From positions 26,809 through 90,808 of the forward strand of contig JBJTLW010000161.1 in NCBI GenBank assembly GCA_046063225.1: a DNA stretch of 64,000 nt, written 5' to 3'. Each line of letters starts with the position of its first letter. Position 1 is the first letter of the stretch. Both the position numbers and the translations under genes were made by a program. The notes under the pieces were generated by a model. The model had not been told where the DNA came from. It ran no database searches and worked only from the letters and a program-made list of their open reading frames with translations. The DNA is from Novosphingobium sp. GTDB taxonomy: Bacteria > Pseudomonadota > Alphaproteobacteria > Sphingomonadales > Sphingomonadaceae. Below, piece by piece: positions 1 through 10,119 of this stretch.

Positions 1-56
1 CGATGATGCTGCCGGCCGATATCTTCCGCGCGACCCAATCGCGCTCCGCCCATTGA
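1..56 (+). CDS. 3' end of a CDS entering from the left edge (unidentified)
   Basis: Open frame ...MMLPADIFRATQSRSAH* ends at TGA 54-56, immediately followed by a strong hairpin. Confidence 0.45.
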   Translation, partial: MMLPADIFRATQSRSAH

Positions 57-62
57 CCGAAC

Positions 63-93
63 GACCGGAGCGCTTCGGCGAAGCGCTCCGGTC
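63..93. terminator. Hairpin between convergent genes (probable bidirectional terminator)
   Basis: Perfect 14-bp stem GACCGGAGCGCTTC / GAAGCGCTCCGGTC. Confidence 0.7.
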
Positions 94-2662
94 AGGCGCG
101 CTGGGCCAGGGTCTTGGCGATAGCGGCGGTCAGCTCGGCGTTGGAGTAGGGCTTCATGACGCAGATCGCCGACTTCAGCGCAGGCCGCGTCTTGATGTCC
201 TCGCCATAACCGCTCGCCACGACGAACGGCACGCCGCTCTCGGTCAGGTATTCGGCCACCACCTCTGATGTTTCCGATCCCAGATTGACGTCAAGCAGGG
301 CAAATTGCAGCGCGGTCTTCTTCGCGATTTCCAACGCGGCGTGGGTATTGCCGGCAACATGGCAACGTTCGGCGCCAAGCGACTGCAGCTTGTCCTCCGC
401 CTCCATGGCGATGATCAGGTTGTCTTCGACGATCAGCACTTCGCCCGACAGCAGACTGGCGTCGCGCTCCGCTTCGATGCGCGCAGCCCCTGCAAGGACC
501 GGTTTCGCCAGCGAAACGATGGCGGCGACATGCTGCGCCGGAATGAAGAATTCCGCAATCAGGCCATCGCGCTCATAGCGGACTTCGGCCTTGCCCCCCA
601 GTTCGTGCGGGATTGAACTTTCGATGATCGTCGAACCAAATCCGCGCCGTTTGGGTGGCACCACGACTGGGCCGCCGCTTTCGCTCCAGATCACGTTGAC
701 GCCGCCCGATTCCACCTTCTCGATCGTCACCGACAGGCTGCCCCGCTGATCGGACAGGCCGCCGTATTTGCAGGAATTGGTCATCAATTCGTGGAAGACA
801 AGCGCAAGCGTCGAAAAAGCCGACGGTTCGATCAGCGCATCCATGCCGGTGATCGTGATGCGATCGATCTTGTCGCCGACATAGGCCTCGCACTCCGCCA
901 GCAGCAGCGCCTGCAGCGAGGCCGGCCCCCAGTTGAGCTTCGTCACCTGATCGTGCGCCCGAGCAAGTGCGTAAATGCGATTGCCGATGACGTCGGCAAA
1001 TTCTTCCTTGCTCTGCGAGGCTTCCTGGCTCTGCGCGACGAGGCCGCGGATCAGGTTGAGGATATTGCGCACGCGGTGGTTAAGCTCCGCGATCAGCGTT
1101 TCCTGCTTCTTGCTTGCCTTGTCGCGTTCGTGCTGGGCCGCATCGTTCATTCGAAGGACGACTTCGAGGAGCGTGACACGCAGGCTGTCTGCCGTGATCA
1201 CTTCCTCGTCGGTCCAGGGAATCGAAAAGCCATCGCGCTCTTCTTTCCAGACGTCGAAGCTCTTGCGCGGCGTCAGGCGGGCACCGTTCGGCCCGAGTTC
1301 GACCGGCTTTTCCGGGTTGCCCGCCCATCGGACCGTCTGGGTTTGCGCCTTGCGGAACAGGACGATGTAATCGCGCGGGCTGCGCGACACGGGAAGCGAC
1401 ATGATGCCGGCACATTCATCGCCAAAGTCTGCAGCCGCCGGATAGACCTGCGACAGATTGTCGGTGTGCCACACCCGGCTGGCGCCCGTGGTGTTAAGGA
1501 AGCGCGCCAGCTTGGCGAATGCGTCGCGATCGGGAATCTTGCCGTGACCGACCAGTTCACCGCCGATCCAGCCAGCGATCGAATCGAAAGGGATGACCTT
1601 GGCAATCGATTCGGCAAAGCCATCGAAGGCCTGGATCATGCTGGCGCCCGGCGCCACCCGGCCCATGATTTCGTCATGCAGGCGCATGGCAAGGTTCTTC
1701 TGCATGTTGATCTGGCGAAGCTCGGTCTGCTCCAGCAGGAACGACATGAATTCGCCGAACAGTTCGCAGGCGGTCCGCACCGCATAGTCGAGCCGCAGGG
1801 GCGTGTAATGATGGCAGGCGAGCAGACCCCATAGCTGGCCATTGCGCATGATCGAAACCGACATCGACGCCTTCACGCCCATGTTGCGAAGGTATTCGAT
1901 ATGGATGGGCGATACCGCGCGCAGCCCGCTCATCGACAGGTCGAGCGGTTCGCCGCTGGGGTTGGTCACCGGGGTAATCGGAATGGTCGGATCGTCGACA
2001 TCGGAAATGATGCGCAGCATGTTGCGCGTGTAGAGTCGTCGCGCCTGGGCCGGAATGTCCGAGGCAGGGAAATGCATGCCAAGGAAGCCATCGACGTTGC
2101 CGTTGCGGCTCTCTGCAATCACTTCGCCGGCGCCGTCGTGTTCGAAGCGATAGGCCATGACCCGGTCAAACCCGGTCAGCCCGCGCAGCTGCCGTGCGGC
2201 AAGGTGGAACAGCTCTTCGACCGAGCCAAGATCGCGCATGCGGTCCACCATCGGCCGGACGTAGGAAACGTAATCCTTCCGGCGCCCGACAGCCGCCGGC
2301 TCGGCCTCCAGGACAAAGGAGCGCCCGGACGGGTGGACGGCCACGTCAAACAACTGGCCCGAGCCGGTAAGGTCTATGCCGAAGATCCGGTCAACCGCAT
2401 CGACGGTTCCCAGCATTTGCAGGCGCGAGCGAATATCGTGCAGGGCTTCGCTGGAAAAATACTGGCTGGCCGGATTGCCGACAAGCTCTTCGGCCGCGCA
2501 TCCGAACAGTTCGGCACAGTTTGCCGATACATGGTTGATGATCCAATCGCTGGAAAAGGCGATCAGGTAGCCAAAGCTCTGTATCCGGCCGATGATGTGA
2601 ATCGGCTCCGCCGCGCACGACGACAGGTCGACGACCTCTTCCTTGGCGGTCGGGGCGCTCAT
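92..2662 (-). CDS. bphP: Bacteriophytochrome: PAS2-GAF-PHY-HWE histidine kinase-receiver
   Basis: N-terminal bilin Cys (DLSSCAAEPIH), PASDIP, PIHIEYL, PRKSF tongue, ELNHRVRN H-box, WSE, C-terminal REC (VEDN, LLDVNL, PFVVASGY, KP). Confidence 0.96.
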   Translation of the reverse strand: MSAPTAKEEVVDLSSCAAEPIHIIGRIQSFGYLIAFSSDWIINHVSANCAELFGCAAEELVGNPASQYFSSEALHDIRSRLQMLGTVDAVDRIFGIDLTGSGQLFDVAVHPSGRSFVLEAEPAAVGRRKDYVSYVRPMVDRMRDLGSVEELFHLAARQLRGLTGFDRVMAYRFEHDGAGEVIAESRNGNVDGFLGMHFPASDIPAQARRLYTRNMLRIISDVDDPTIPITPVTNPSGEPLDLSMSGLRAVSPIHIEYLRNMGVKASMSVSIMRNGQLWGLLACHHYTPLRLDYAVRTACELFGEFMSFLLEQTELRQINMQKNLAMRLHDEIMGRVAPGASMIQAFDGFAESIAKVIPFDSIAGWIGGELVGHGKIPDRDAFAKLARFLNTTGASRVWHTDNLSQVYPAAADFGDECAGIMSLPVSRSPRDYIVLFRKAQTQTVRWAGNPEKPVELGPNGARLTPRKSFDVWKEERDGFSIPWTDEEVITADSLRVTLLEVVLRMNDAAQHERDKASKKQETLIAELNHRVRNILNLIRGLVAQSQEASQSKEEFADVIGNRIYALARAHDQVTKLNWGPASLQALLLAECEAYVGDKIDRITITGMDALIEPSAFSTLALVFHELMTNSCKYGGLSDQRGSLSVTIEKVESGGVNVIWSESGGPVVVPPKRRGFGSTIIESSIPHELGGKAEVRYERDGLIAEFFIPAQHVAAIVSLAKPVLAGAARIEAERDASLLSGEVLIVEDNLIIAMEAEDKLQSLGAERCHVAGNTHAALEIAKKTALQFALLDVNLGSETSEVVAEYLTESGVPFVVASGYGEDIKTRPALKSAICVMKPYSNAELTAAIAKTLAQRA

Positions 2663-3237
2663 TGCAGGCGTCCGTGCACCGATTGGGCGGCGCTGACGAA
2701 GGCATCGAAGCAGGCATTCGCCGCTTCCAGAGCAAGCTGCGGATCGAATTCACCGTCATCGGAACGGTCAAATCGCGCGATCAACGTGCGGAAGATGTTG
2801 GCGCCCTGCGGGTCGGTCAGGAAGCGATGGCCCGTATCGTTCCGCCCACCCCAATTGGGTTGGCGGGCGATGGCGCCGATCCCGAGGCGAGATCCGGCAA
2901 GGACGTAGGCGAGACCGGCTTGGCTTTCACACGGACGAACCGTCAAATTCGGCAGATCGGCAAGATCGGCCACGCCAACATCGCGCAGATCATCCCGCAG
3001 CATGGCGGCATAGTCCGGTGCTTCGAAACCGATCAGATCGCGAAGCGCGGCCGACCATGCATCGCTCATCGCGTTCCACGCGATGTAGTGCGCCGACAGG
3101 AATCCCGCATAGCCGGCGAGCGTTTCCAGCTCGAACCCGGCAAAAATCGAGTCCAGGTAATCGTGTTTCGCCGCTGTTTCACGCTTCAGAAAACCGCGCA
3201 GATTTTCCGCAGCCGACACATGGCGGGCCATCGCCAT
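2659..3237 (-). CDS. bphO: Biliverdin-producing heme oxygenase
   Basis: LKRETAAKHD proximal His, YVLAGSRLG motif; ATGA overlap with bphP; start set at ATG 3237 (3231 possible). Confidence 0.88.
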   Translation of the reverse strand: MAMARHVSAAENLRGFLKRETAAKHDYLDSIFAGFELETLAGYAGFLSAHYIAWNAMSDAWSAALRDLIGFEAPDYAAMLRDDLRDVGVADLADLPNLTVRPCESQAGLAYVLAGSRLGIGAIARQPNWGGRNDTGHRFLTDPQGANIFRTLIARFDRSDDGEFDPQLALEAANACFDAFVSAAQSVHGRLQ

Positions 3238-3334
3238 CGTCAATACCTGCACTCCAAATTCCCGCCTCACACCCGGTGAGTGTCTACTCGTAAGCAAAAA
3301 TGCGGCGCCGGTCTGCCCACTAGTGAGCACTGAG

Positions 3335-3360
3335 GGAACCACAGCGTGCTTCGGCTCGTT
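3335..3360 (+). promoter_or_regulatory. EcfG (general stress sigma) type promoter GGAAC-N17-CGTT
   Basis: GGAAC 3335-3339 and CGTT 3357-3360, 37 bp upstream of the Crp/Fnr start. Confidence 0.7.
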
Positions 3361-3396
3361 TCATCGATTGCCAAAAACTAGAGTTGTCAGGAAGTC

Positions 3397-4119
3397 ATGA
3401 CCGAATCAACAGGAAACAACCTGCTTAACGCGCTGAAAATCTCGGACTTTGACTTGATAAAGCCGCGACTTAAGGAAGTTTACCACAAGTCTGGAGCAAC
3501 AATTTATGAGCCCGGAGACCATGTTGAATTGGTTTATTTTCCATGTGAATCGGCCATGGCGGGCTTCTTTATTGGCCTGCCAGACGGCAAGGGTGTCGAA
3601 ACGGCCCTGATTGGACGCGAAGGCGCAATCGGCGGCATTGTCAGCCAGGGCAGGCTGCCCGCCTATGCCCGCTGCACGGTCCAGTATTCCGGGACGTTTC
3701 TTGTAATGGGGTCAAAGGCGCTGGAAGAGCTCAAGATGCAGTCGCTGACTATCCGGCACCTTTTTGCCCGCTATGCCGATTGCTTGATGGCGCAGATTTT
3801 CCAGACCACGGCCTGCAATGCCGGCCACACCATCAATCAGCGAGCGGCGAAATGGATGATGGCGACGGTCGAGCGTTCAGGCACCTACACCATCGAGATG
3901 ACGCAGGACCAACTGGCCCAGATGCTGGGTATCGGGCGCAGCTATATCAGCCGGGTGATCGGCACGATGAAAAGCGAAGACATTATCGCCGTCTCGCGCC
4001 GCAAGATCGAAATCCGCGACCCCGTGCGGATCAAGGCGATGGCCTGTGATTGCAACGAGAACGTGAAGGACCACTTCGACCGCGTTCTGCGCGGTGTCTA
4101 TCCCGACGATGCCGACTAG
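3397..4119 (+). CDS. Crp/Fnr family transcriptional regulator
   Basis: NNLLNAL N-terminus, IGREG in the cNMP-like domain, TQDQLAQMLGIGRSYISR HTH, CDC near the C-terminus. Confidence 0.92.
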   Translation: MTESTGNNLLNALKISDFDLIKPRLKEVYHKSGATIYEPGDHVELVYFPCESAMAGFFIGLPDGKGVETALIGREGAIGGIVSQGRLPAYARCTVQYSGTFLVMGSKALEELKMQSLTIRHLFARYADCLMAQIFQTTACNAGHTINQRAAKWMMATVERSGTYTIEMTQDQLAQMLGIGRSYISRVIGTMKSEDIIAVSRRKIEIRDPVRIKAMACDCNENVKDHFDRVLRGVYPDDAD

Positions 4120-4219
4120 CCCGTGCGACAGTTGCACATGCCACGCACCTGACGCCTGCCCCACGCATCTGCCGTCGGTGCCCGTACTGCGCGATCGCAT
4201 CTCCTCCACTGGATCGGTC

Positions 4220-5224
4220 TTAGGCGTCAGTCGGCGGGTCTATCCGAACACCGCCACCCCGCCCTATCGCCGATCTGCGGATCAGGCTGCCTGGCACCCG
4301 CACGACGCCCCGAACGAGCCCTGCCTTTTCGAGCAGTTCGATAACCCGGCCGGCAAAATCCAGATGGCCCGGCAGCAAGCCGTGCCGCGCCGATCGCGGG
4401 AACATGTGATGCGTATTGTGCCAGCCATCGCCGAAGGTGAGCAGCACGACAAACCAGTTGTTCCGACTGGCGTCTCCGGTCGCAAAGTCCTGGCGGCCAA
4501 GGCAATGGGCAATCGACGTGGCGGAAAGAACGCCGTGCATCAAAAGGAAGGCAGGCACACAGGCGCCCCATAGCATGGCCGAAAATGCCGCCCGGTCCGA
4601 GCCGCCAAGCAGCTTGCCCCAGGTCCACGCCAGAGCAAACACCATGGCAATCCAGACGTAATGCGTATTCGAAACGAAGCGGAGTACGCGATTGCCCCAG
4701 ATGGCCTGCCCATAGACGGCCTTGTCCGTAACCACGCCGTTGAACATCCAGCCCCAGTGGGCGTGATAGAGGCCGCGCCACCTGCTCATTGGCCGCCCAA
4801 ACGGATCTACCAGGGGGGAATGCGGATCGCCGGCCCGGTCCGAACAGGCATGGTGCCTCTGGTGATCGGTCGCCCAGCGCGCTGGCGAGCCTTGCATGGC
4901 CATGCTCGCCAGCACCGCAAGCAGCGCGTGCAACCAGGGCTGCGGGCGAAAGCTCTGATGCGAAAACAGGCGGTGCAGGCCAAGCGACACGCCCATGCCT
5001 ACCATCGCATAGAACAGCACCATGGCGCTGATATCGACCCAAGTGACGCCATCGCGCCAGCCAAGCCAGAACGCCGCTGCCGTGCCGAGATGGACCAAGG
5101 CCTGTTGCACCAGGTTGGAAATCGTCCGCATGGCGCCCAGCGAGCCGCCTTGCAGCATGCCCGGGATGGACGTGGGCCGCCCCGCCGCCCAGCCATCGGT
5201 TAGGAAGTAGGCAGGCCGGGTCAC
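4220..5224 (-). CDS. Membrane acyl-CoA (delta-9-type) fatty acid desaturase
   Basis: His boxes HRLFSH, HQRHH, HNTHH, plus DPHSP and GDGWHN; GTG start at 5224 in a GTGA overlap with a GGAGG RBS. Confidence 0.92.
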   Translation of the reverse strand: MTRPAYFLTDGWAAGRPTSIPGMLQGGSLGAMRTISNLVQQALVHLGTAAAFWLGWRDGVTWVDISAMVLFYAMVGMGVSLGLHRLFSHQSFRPQPWLHALLAVLASMAMQGSPARWATDHQRHHACSDRAGDPHSPLVDPFGRPMSRWRGLYHAHWGWMFNGVVTDKAVYGQAIWGNRVLRFVSNTHYVWIAMVFALAWTWGKLLGGSDRAAFSAMLWGACVPAFLLMHGVLSATSIAHCLGRQDFATGDASRNNWFVVLLTFGDGWHNTHHMFPRSARHGLLPGHLDFAGRVIELLEKAGLVRGVVRVPGSLIRRSAIGRGGGVRIDPPTDA

Positions 5225-6096
5225 CAGGGTGCCTCCATCTCGCACCAGGCTATGGCCCCGGTCCGGTCGATCCAGGTCTTGGGCGAGAAACCGGCGCCAT
5301 CGGCAAACTTCGCCAGTTCGGCCGGTTCGCGATAGATGAGCTGCCAATCCATCACCGCATCCATCCAGCCGATCGCCAGGTGGTTGGGCATGAAGTTGGC
5401 AAGGATGAAGCGGCCATCAGGGGCAAGCACACCCTTCACCATCCGGTGCAACAGGGCCATGGCCCGATCGTCGAGGTAGTCCGTCAGCCCGAGTGTATAG
5501 ACCAGATCGAACTGTTCGCCGCGGCTGACAGCGCCGCGCAGATAACTGAACACGTTGGCGTTGTGGCACCGTACGGCGTCACCGTGGCGGCTGCGAACTT
5601 TCGCGAGCGACAGCGGGTCCTGATCGACCAGATCGATCCGGTCGAGATTCTTGCCGATCAGCGGATCGCCTTCACGGAAGTGGCCGCAGGCAAGCGACAG
5701 GATGCGCTTACCGTCCTGCACGGCCTGACCGACGAACTTTTCCGCATAGTCGCGGCGCTGGCGCACGCCCTCGCTGGCTTGGAATTCGATGCCGTGGCTG
5801 AAAATCCTGCGCCCGCGCTCGCTGGTCGTTTCCGGAACTGTCCGGTCATAGATCAGGTCGATCAGCTCGGCATCGCCAGCATAGCCGCGCGGCTTGGTCA
5901 CGCATCGCGCGATATAGGGATCTTCCATCATGACCGCGCGCAGCGGATGCTTGCGATAGGTGGCGCGGGTGTGGAACCAGCCTTCGCGGTGACCGAAGGC
6001 GCCGTACAATTTGCCCACCAGCATCGGCATGGCAAAATCGAGCATCCCGCCTTCGATCATCTCCAGCGTTTTGTCGAAAAAGCGATCATCGTGCAT
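5221..6096 (-). CDS. Class I SAM-dependent methyltransferase, PhcB-like
   Basis: KPRGYAGDAELIDLIY, SAM motif ILSLACGH, DQD, GLTDYL, WQLIYR; start at ATG 6096 (GGAG RBS) or 6111/6114. Confidence 0.82.
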   Translation of the reverse strand: MHDDRFFDKTLEMIEGGMLDFAMPMLVGKLYGAFGHREGWFHTRATYRKHPLRAVMMEDPYIARCVTKPRGYAGDAELIDLIYDRTVPETTSERGRRIFSHGIEFQASEGVRQRRDYAEKFVGQAVQDGKRILSLACGHFREGDPLIGKNLDRIDLVDQDPLSLAKVRSRHGDAVRCHNANVFSYLRGAVSRGEQFDLVYTLGLTDYLDDRAMALLHRMVKGVLAPDGRFILANFMPNHLAIGWMDAVMDWQLIYREPAELAKFADGAGFSPKTWIDRTGAIAWCEMEAPW

Positions 6097-6110
6097 TGTC
6101 GTGGTCTCCA

Positions 6111-6767
6111 TCACGGTCGTGCCAGGGTGAGAAGTTCGTCAGCCGCTTCGATCACCGTGGCATCGTGGCTGACGCAAATGACGCAGGCCGAACTCGACCG
6201 GGCGTAGGCTTTCAGTGTTTCGGCAACGAAAGCGGCATTGGTGGAATCAAGGCTGGCGGTGGGTTCGTCCGCGAGCAGGAGCGGCGGCCGGCAGGCCAGT
6301 GCCTGAACAATCGCGACGCGCTGCTTCTCGCCGCCGGAAAGCTGGCTTGGCAGGTGATGCTGACGCGCCTCAAGCCCGAAACCCGCCATCAGCTGGCGCG
6401 CCTCGCTTTCGATCCGCTGGCCTCTGATCCTGCCGCCAAAGCAGGCGTTCTCGATGGCCGTCATCACGCTGACCAGACGGCTCGTCTGGAAGATCAGCCC
6501 GAGGTGCGCCTTGCGCCATTGCGCCGCGTCTGCCGGCACAAGCTGGGTGAGGTTGAGCCCGCCCCAGTGGATCAGCCCCCGGCTTGGCCGCACCGACAGC
6601 GCGAGCAAGGACAGCAGCGTCGTCTTTCCCGATCCGGATGGGCCGCTGACGACGTGCAGTTTGCCCGGCAGAAATCTGCGCGAAAGCGGTGCCAGCGTGC
6701 GCTTCTCAAGCCCGGAATCGAGCACCGAATGGCTCAAGCCTTCGACGATGAGCGGCTGCGCGGTCAT
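6111..6767 (-). CDS. ABC exporter ATP-binding subunit (DevA/LolD-like)
   Basis: GPSGSGKTT, LSGGEKQRVA, LLADEPT, SHD. Confidence 0.95.
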   Translation of the reverse strand: MTAQPLIVEGLSHSVLDSGLEKRTLAPLSRRFLPGKLHVVSGPSGSGKTTLLSLLALSVRPSRGLIHWGGLNLTQLVPADAAQWRKAHLGLIFQTSRLVSVMTAIENACFGGRIRGQRIESEARQLMAGFGLEARQHHLPSQLSGGEKQRVAIVQALACRPPLLLADEPTASLDSTNAAFVAETLKAYARSSSACVICVSHDATVIEAADELLTLARP

Positions 6768-7756
6768 TTCAGGAAGCCCGCCGTCACCCGCAGACCAACA
6801 ACGGCTGGCAGGTCCGTGCCATCGATGGCGACTATGACTTCGCGAATATCGCGATCGAACCGGTCGGTTGGATCAAGCGAGCGGGCGCTGCGCCGTCCCA
6901 TGACCGACGCCACTTCGGACACCGAGCCTTTCCAGCGCCTGGATGAACCGTCGATCCAGATTTCCGCCTTGTCACCAATGGCAATGCGCGCTGCATCGCG
7001 CTCACCCACTTCGGCCCGGACAATGCGCTTGCCCAGATCGCCAACAACAATCAGCGGGGCGCCTTGGCTGGCGCCGGAAAATTCGCCTTCCCGGCGCAGG
7101 ATCTGCAAGACTTCGCCGTCAATCGGGCTGGTGACCTTGCACTGGGCGTAAAGAGCCTGTGCAGCGGCCGCCTCGTTGTGGCGAGCCGTTGCCGTCGCGG
7201 CGCTGGCGACGACTTCCAGCCGCCGCGATCCGTTGCTCAGCTGCGCCGCACGCGCCCTCGCCGCATCAACTTCGCCGGCGGCTGCGTTGCGCTGCGCGGT
7301 GCGGGCTTCAAGCTCCCGGCGCGAAACGAACCCTCTTTCCGCCAACGCGTTTGCCCGATTGAGCATCTGCTGCGCGTCGAGCAAAGTAGCCTCGGCACTG
7401 CGCAAGCTGGCCTGGGCCGCCTGGATTTCCTCGGTGCGCGGTCCGGCCCTCACCAACTGCGCGGTTGCTGCGCTTTGCTGGGCCAGCGCTTTCGCCGCCT
7501 GTGCAGAGGCTGCCTGGGGTTGGCAGCCTACTTCCAGCAGCACCTGTCCCGCCCGGACGCGGTCACCCCGGCGCACGAAGACCTGCGCAATCACGCCATC
7601 AACCTGCGCGACCAGCTCGCGCGCTTCGCCTTCGCTGTCGATCCGTCCGACCGACGTGATCCGGTACGGCGATGGGGCGGCAGAGGTGGACGAGCCTTGC
7701 GACGCTCCGCAGGACGAAAGCACCAGCAGGCCAAGGATCAATAAGGGGCCCTTCAT
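6764..7756 (-). CDS. HlyD/DevB-family periplasmic adaptor lipoprotein
   Basis: Lipobox LVLSSC, GDRVRAGQ lipoyl-like half, coiled coil, SPIDGEV; ATGA overlaps at both ends. Confidence 0.9.
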   Translation of the reverse strand: MKGPLLILGLLVLSSCGASQGSSTSAAPSPYRITSVGRIDSEGEARELVAQVDGVIAQVFVRRGDRVRAGQVLLEVGCQPQAASAQAAKALAQQSAATAQLVRAGPRTEEIQAAQASLRSAEATLLDAQQMLNRANALAERGFVSRRELEARTAQRNAAAGEVDAARARAAQLSNGSRRLEVVASAATATARHNEAAAAQALYAQCKVTSPIDGEVLQILRREGEFSGASQGAPLIVVGDLGKRIVRAEVGERDAARIAIGDKAEIWIDGSSRRWKGSVSEVASVMGRRSARSLDPTDRFDRDIREVIVAIDGTDLPAVVGLRVTAGFLK

Positions 7757-9018
7757 GTCCGGAACACCGCTTCGGGGCCGAACTGCCTGACCGCATTGCT
7801 CGCGCCGCCAATGGCGATGGCCAGGGCAATGAGGACAGCACAAGACGGCACAAGGGCATCGGCGGTCACGAAGGCGACCCAGGGAAACAGCGGCCGGGTA
7901 ATCGCGATCATCAGGGGCGTCAGCAGCATCATGGCCAGCAGCGTCACCGTGGCGACGACCAGCGCGATCCCGCCGGTGACCAGCCAGATGTCGCTCTGGC
8001 CCGCGCCGTGGCCCAGCATCGACAGCAGATCCTGCGAATAACGCTGCAGGAACCGCGACACGCCGTTGGCGAGCAGGATCATCATCAGCAGGCTGGCCAG
8101 GATCGCGGCGAGCAGTATGGCGCTGCCCGCACCGGTCTTGCGCTGCCAGTAGTTCGATGAGCTTGCGGCAAATTCGGCCGCGCTCAAGACGGTCAATTCC
8201 GGGAAATGGGCGCGGGCCTGCACCAGATCGCCGGATTGCGCTGCCTGTGCAGGATCGGGGCTGCCCACCACGAGGAAATTGGTGGTGCTGGGGTCCATCC
8301 GCAGGATCGAACGCGCCCGTTCGAACGATGTGACCACATAGGGCGCGCCCAGAAAACTGGCCAGCCTTGTCGTGGTGCCGGCTAGCACCATCGTCTCGTT
8401 GCCAAGTGTTGCCACCTGGCCCGGCCGGCCGGACAGGTCGAGCCTTGCGAGGTCCGACACATCAGCGACAAATCCGCCGTCGGCAATGCTGCCGGTGTCA
8501 TCGGCAGCGGCGCCATCGATGCCGATCACCGCAACATTCCCGCGCCGCCCGGTCGGCGATGTCCATCCGGCAAAGCCAAAGGCCACGCGCCGGGTCGCAC
8601 CGTTCGGCACGAAGCGGGCGAACTGGCCGGAATAGTCCTCCCCGATGACGCCAGGGAAGTCGAAGCATTCAATGGAGCTGGCCGTGATCCACAGCGCTCC
8701 GCCAACGTAGCGCGGGCCGACGGCTCCAGCCCGGACAAACGAGGTATAGACCTGGTACTGGAAGGCCGTGACGACGGCGGCGACGGCGCAGGTCGTCAGG
8801 GTGACCATAAGCGACCGCCAGTCCCGCCGGATCACAGCCTTGAGGAACGCCAATGCCGCAGCGAAATTGGCTTGCCGCAGCCTGCGCCAAAGCCGGACAA
8901 CCTTGTTTTGGCCGTACGACAACGCATCCCGTTTCGCGAGCAAAAGGGGGCCGGCGGCGGCTCGGATCATCGAGGGCCGAGTGCTCTTCAGCCCGAACAG
9001 ACTGGTTGAATGAACCAT
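7753..9018 (-). CDS. ABC exporter permease (DevC/FtsX-like); start uncertain
   Basis: One N-terminal TM, large periplasmic loop, three C-terminal TMs, ends PEAVFRT; operonic with HlyD and ATPase. Confidence 0.8.
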   Translation of the reverse strand: MVHSTSLFGLKSTRPSMIRAAAGPLLLAKRDALSYGQNKVVRLWRRLRQANFAAALAFLKAVIRRDWRSLMVTLTTCAVAAVVTAFQYQVYTSFVRAGAVGPRYVGGALWITASSIECFDFPGVIGEDYSGQFARFVPNGATRRVAFGFAGWTSPTGRRGNVAVIGIDGAAADDTGSIADGGFVADVSDLARLDLSGRPGQVATLGNETMVLAGTTTRLASFLGAPYVVTSFERARSILRMDPSTTNFLVVGSPDPAQAAQSGDLVQARAHFPELTVLSAAEFAASSSNYWQRKTGAGSAILLAAILASLLMMILLANGVSRFLQRYSQDLLSMLGHGAGQSDIWLVTGGIALVVATVTLLAMMLLTPLMIAITRPLFPWVAFVTADALVPSCAVLIALAIAIGGASNAVRQFGPEAVFRT

Positions 9019-9036
9019 GGGATGCTCCCGACAATG

Positions 9037-10119
9037 CTAGGCTTCGGGAGACAGCTTCTCGCCGTTGATGAAGCAGGTCGTGGGCACGCGCGATCCGCTT
9101 TGCCACTTACCCAGCGTTCGCTTTGGCCCGGTGCAGGCGATGTTGCCCGAAGCGACAATCGTGTTCGGCCCGCGTCCAATATCGACCTTCTCGACCGAGA
9201 AAGTTCCAATCATGCCGCCCGAAAGGGTCACGGCCGGGAAGCCGAACATGGTCAGCACATTCTTGGTCGAAACGATGGTTGCGCCGACCTTTTCGAGGTT
9301 CGTTCGCAGGATCAGAAGTTCGGCTGTCTTTCCGGCCTGGTCAGATAGCAATGGCTCAAGCTGCGAGGCCTGTTCGAGGATACTCTGCGAATCCTTGTCC
9401 GCATCTTTGAACGCCGTGTCGGTTTCGCTTATCGTTTCGCCGACAGTATCCAAGACCGTCTTCTTCTCACTCTTTTTGGCGCCTGCCCCACAGACGGCAA
9501 TGGCAAGCTTTGCTTGATCGACCAGGCTGGACCAATCGAGGGAAACTTTTGCCGATGGGTTGGGGTTGAGTGATGACAGCAGGAAGGCCGTTCCTTGGAA
9601 CTTGCTTCCTTGGTTGCCGCTCGCTCCTGCCAATGCGTTGAGCCAAAACGCCTGTGAGGGCTCAATCGTTATGTCATCGTATTTCTTGTCGGACCGGAGC
9701 AGCCCCGCAACGTTGGCAAATGAAGGCGCGGTATTCGTGTCCGATTCCGTAGCAGCGTAAAATGGCATTACGCAGCCAACTTTGCGTTTTGCTGCTTCCA
9801 GATTCTGCGAAAGCGTCTTCGTACGATCACGCACCAGCCAATACGGTGTCAGACGGAACTTGGCCGAGGTATCGAGGATCAGGACCTTGGCTGAAGGGTG
9901 CTTTACCGAGATCTTTTTCCAGACCTCCTCACTAGCCTTCGTCGCCGTATTTGCGGCGATGGCCCAGGCCTCGATTTCACCCGCATGTTCGCCCAGCTCG
10001 GTCTTGCCCGATCCGGCCCCTCCCGCCAGAAAGCCAATCACTCCGGCCGACGTGTCATCGGCTTGCGCCGCTTGCGATGCGACTAAGCAGAACGGCAACG
10101 CCCACAGAATGCGCTTCAT
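9037..10119 (-). CDS. Hypothetical secreted protein (about 360 aa)
   Basis: GGAG RBS, signal peptide MKRILWALPFCLVASQAAQA; no recognisable domain. Confidence 0.75.
   Translation of the reverse strand: MKRILWALPFCLVASQAAQADDTSAGVIGFLAGGAGSGKTELGEHAGEIEAWAIAANTATKASEEVWKKISVKHPSAKVLILDTSAKFRLTPYWLVRDRTKTLSQNLEAAKRKVGCVMPFYAATESDTNTAPSFANVAGLLRSDKKYDDITIEPSQAFWLNALAGASGNQGSKFQGTAFLLSSLNPNPSAKVSLDWSSLVDQAKLAIAVCGAGAKKSEKKTVLDTVGETISETDTAFKDADKDSQSILEQASQLEPLLSDQAGKTAELLILRTNLEKVGATIVSTKNVLTMFGFPAVTLSGGMIGTFSVEKVDIGRGPNTIVASGNIACTGPKRTLGKWQSGSRVPTTCFINGEKLSPEA

Noticed and set aside
3877-4209. Minus-strand ORF with GGAGGAG near its start, downstream of the desaturase
   Set aside because: Overlaps the Crp gene antisense, RBS spacing is poor, and there are no motifs
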